From NCBI GenBank assembly GCA_963780425.1, contig CAWABZ010000001.1, positions 13,084 through 77,083 on the forward strand: a stretch of 64,000 nt of DNA, given 5' to 3'. The notes below the pieces were generated by a model. That model was given only the letters and a program-made list of their open reading frames with translations, ran no database searches and was not told where the DNA came from. A program made the position numbers and the translations under genes. Origin of the DNA: an uncultured Chloroflexia bacterium. GTDB taxonomy: Bacteria > Chloroflexota > Limnocylindria > Limnocylindrales > CSP1-4. Within the stretch, counting starts at the first letter, position 1. Every line of letters begins with the position of its first letter. Below, in pieces: positions 59,820 to 64,000 of the stretch.

Positions 59820-61056
59820 GAGCGGCCGCCTGCCGCGGGTGACTCGCCGACCATTCGCGCCGCCGTCCGCAACGTCCCGACCGAGACCGGATCGCGGCGG
59901 CCCGCTTCGATCGCTTCTGCAAGCAGGTCGACGTCCCCGCGACGCGGAGCGAGGAAGTGCCGCTCGAGAGCCTCGACGCCGTCCTGCCAGACCCGGACGT
60001 GCACAGTCTCGGCCTCGGCGGTCACATCGGCCCGGAGCTCCGAGCCGCGACGCTCGCACAAGAGCTCGACGCGGAGCGTCGTGCCCGCGGGCATCGACGA
60101 GACGACCGGTCTGATCACCACGGACACGTCCGCTCGCCCATCGGACAGGGTGGCCGCCAAGCCTCGGCTCAGCGTCGCGCGACTCGAGGAGCCCGCCCGC
60201 GGCTTCGAGGCGCTCTGGCCCGACCCCGTCACGACGGCCAGCGCCTTGACCACGTTCAGCCCGAGCCGCGATGCCAACCACGCGACGTGATAGACGGGTT
60301 TGACGAGGTTCGTCGTCCCCGGGGCGCCGGTCTCGTCGTGGGTCCCGTATGTCACGGAGATCCGCCGGAGGGAGCGCAGGTACGGCAGGAAATCGGGGTC
60401 GTCGAAGATCGACGCGATCGCCTCGCGCCAGCGCGATTGGCGCATCAGGGCGAAGTCGCTCACGGCCAGGTGGGCCTTTTCGGCGACCGACGCCATCTCC
60501 GCGAGCCGCGCCAGTCCGTCACCGTTCCATGTCGAGCCGTCCACGACGAGCCGGTCCGACGCGTTGAACAGGTCGATCGATGGAGTGGCTGAGAACGGCG
60601 GCTCGCCCGGCCACCAGACCGTCGTCGGCAGGTCGTGGATGATCAGCGGCGTGACGATCGCCGACAGGTGTCGCCCGGCCTCGCCGCCCGCGATCAGGTG
60701 GATGGTCTCGGCGCATGTCTCCGGGGCGTCCTCGCGCGGCAGGATGCAATGCGCCTCGACCCGGGCATCGATCCACGACGGACCGTCGGGATCGGCCGAC
60801 TGGACCACGATCGTCCGCGACGGATGTTTGCCGGTCAGCGCCTGGATCGTGGCAGCTCCCCGTTCCGCGATCTCCGGCCGCCGCGCGATGACGACGAGGT
60901 TCATCACGCTCGTCCGGGCCGCGACGTGACGGCCGGGCTGGCCCTCCATCCGGGTGGTCAGGTCCTGCCTGGCCCAGATCCTCGACAGCTCCTTCTCGAT
61001 GTCGGGGATGCTGCGCGCCCGCGCCGACCAACGCAGGACGGGCTCGTTGAGCGCGA

Positions 61057-61072
<16 letters not shown>
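59816..61072 (-). CDS. opcA: G6PDH assembly/activator protein OpcA
   Basis: ARTSVMNLVV, HPSRTI, IIHDLPTTVWW, DRLVVD, SDFA..RQSRWR; between zwf and pgl. Confidence 0.85.
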
Positions 61073-62734
<1,662 letters not shown>

Positions 62735-62777
62735 GGTGCTACGAAACCTCGGGCCGAATGGCGTCGCGGGGCTCCGC

Positions 62778-63683
62778 TCATTCCGTCTTGACCTCATGGC
62801 CACCGAACTCATTTCGGAGCGCGGCCAGCACCTTGGCGCCATACGAATCGTCCTGTCGGGAGCGGAACCTGGTCAGGAGCGACAGCGTGATGACCGGCGC
62901 CGGGACGTCCTTGTCGATGGCCTCCTGGACGGTCCACCGGCCCTCCCCCAAATCGGCGACCCAGCCCTTCAGGTGCTCCAGGTCCTGGCCGTTCGTCTTG
63001 AAGGCGCGAGCCGCCAGCTCGAGCAGCCACGAGCGCACGACCGAGCCCTGCATCCAGAGATCCGAGATCGCAGCCAGATCCAGCGTGTAGTCGCTCGCGT
63101 GCATGATCTCGAAGCCCTCGGCGTACGCCTGCATGAGGCCGTACTCGATGCCGTTGTGGACCATCTTCACGTAGTGCCCGGCGCCAGGTCCCCCGACATG
63201 GAGATAGCCACCCGGCGGCGCCAGGGTCGTGAAGATCGGCTCGAGCGGTCGGACGGCCTCCTCGTCGCCGCCGACCATCAGGCAGTAGCCCACCTGCAGG
63301 CCCCACACCCCGCCCGATGTCCCGGCATCGACGTAATGGACGCCATGCTCCTTCAGGGCGTCGTGGCGCCGGACGTCGTCGTGGAAGTTCGTGTTGCCCC
63401 CGTCGATGATCGTGTCGCCCGGCTCGAGGTGCTCGAGCAGCTCGGTGATCTGGGCCTCCGTAGCATCGCCTGCGGGGACCATGACCCAGACTGCCCGCGG
63501 CTTTTCGAGCTTGGCCACGAGCTCCTCGATCGTGAAGGTCGCCTTCGCTCCCTCGCCCTCTCCCTCGATCTCCTTCGACTTCTCCGGCGTCCGGTTGTAG
63601 ACCATGATCTCGTGGCCGTCCCGGACCAGGCGGCGGACCATGTTCCCGCCCATCCGACCGAGACCGATGAAGCCGAGTCGCAT
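62778..63683 (-). CDS. gnd: 6-phosphogluconate dehydrogenase, short NAD-type
   Basis: GLGRMG, MVPAG, DGGN, DAGTSGG, KMVHNGIEYG. Confidence 0.92.
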   Translation of the reverse strand: MRLGFIGLGRMGGNMVRRLVRDGHEIMVYNRTPEKSKEIEGEGEGAKATFTIEELVAKLEKPRAVWVMVPAGDATEAQITELLEHLEPGDTIIDGGNTNFHDDVRRHDALKEHGVHYVDAGTSGGVWGLQVGYCLMVGGDEEAVRPLEPIFTTLAPPGGYLHVGGPGAGHYVKMVHNGIEYGLMQAYAEGFEIMHASDYTLDLAAISDLWMQGSVVRSWLLELAARAFKTNGQDLEHLKGWVADLGEGRWTVQEAIDKDVPAPVITLSLLTRFRSRQDDSYGAKVLAALRNEFGGHEVKTE

Positions 63684-63688
63684 GTGCG

Positions 63689-64000
63689 TCACACCTCCGG
63701 CAGGTTGGCGAGCGCGGCGTCGAACGCGTGCTCGAGGGCGGCGAGCCCGGCGTCCGCGTCGACGCCGAGATGGATCCTCATGATCGGCATGTCGTGCGCC
63801 GCGATCGCGGCGTGATCGCCATCCGCCTGGGCGTCGATGAGCTGGCCGAAGGTGTACGGCCAGCCGGGGATCGGCCGATCGTTCGGGTGGTCCGCGATGA
63901 GCTGGAGGAACCAGCCGATCGGCGGGCCACCCTTGTGCAGCTGGCCCGTCGAATGGAGGAAGCGCGGCCCGTAGCCGGCCGTCGTCGCGTTGCGGGTCGC
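63689..64000 (-). CDS. C-terminus of glucose-6-phosphate isomerase (Tal-Pgi type), truncated by the window edge
   Basis: GYGPRFLHSTGQLHKGGP, FGQLIDAQADGD. Confidence 0.85.
   Translation of the reverse strand, partial: ATRNATTAGYGPRFLHSTGQLHKGGPPIGWFLQLIADHPNDRPIPGWPYTFGQLIDAQADGDHAAIAAHDMPIMRIHLGVDADAGLAALEHAFDAALANLPEV

Overview
A very GC-rich bacterial chromosomal window. Gene content and style suggest a soil or freshwater Chloroflexota (Limnocylindria-like) or actinobacterium-like genome; this is inference only. Many genes are split by single-base indels, most likely assembly errors. Main blocks, left to right: (1) a cfa / COG2907 / DUF1365 lipid-modification cluster; (2) betA; (3) a LacI-controlled sugar ABC operon with an SDR, an EgsA/AraM-like dehydrogenase and an LLM oxidoreductase; (4) a BBE oxidase, TfoX, AlkA, RlpA, a large secreted protein and an atypical LysA-like decarboxylase; (5) a formate dehydrogenase/selenocysteine island: fdhD, Fe-S subunit, NuoE-F fusion, catalytic subunit with in-frame UGA plus SECIS, selD, tRNA-Sec, selA, selB, mobA, interrupted by an HTH-PD-(D/E)XK nuclease-like gene, DinB, an adenylate cyclase and a B-box membrane protein; (6) amidohydrolase, MBL, methyltransferase, MFS and S51 peptidase; (7) a membrane-anchored Mre11/Rad50-like pair; (8) corA, citrate synthase and the pentose-phosphate operon (pgi-like, gnd, zwf, opcA, pgl). 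The least explained signals are non-coding: an orphan array of five TTGGAAC-N8/9-GTTCCAA palindromes (44988-45302), a 146-nt multibranched structure in front of the HTH-nuclease gene (25662-25807), a 187-nt rod-like 6S-type RNA candidate with its own promoter (52142-52328) and a 112-nt structured element upstream of the BBE oxidase (15136-15247). No cas genes, transposases, integrases or rRNA were seen. All family assignments are from motif recognition by eye, not database searches.
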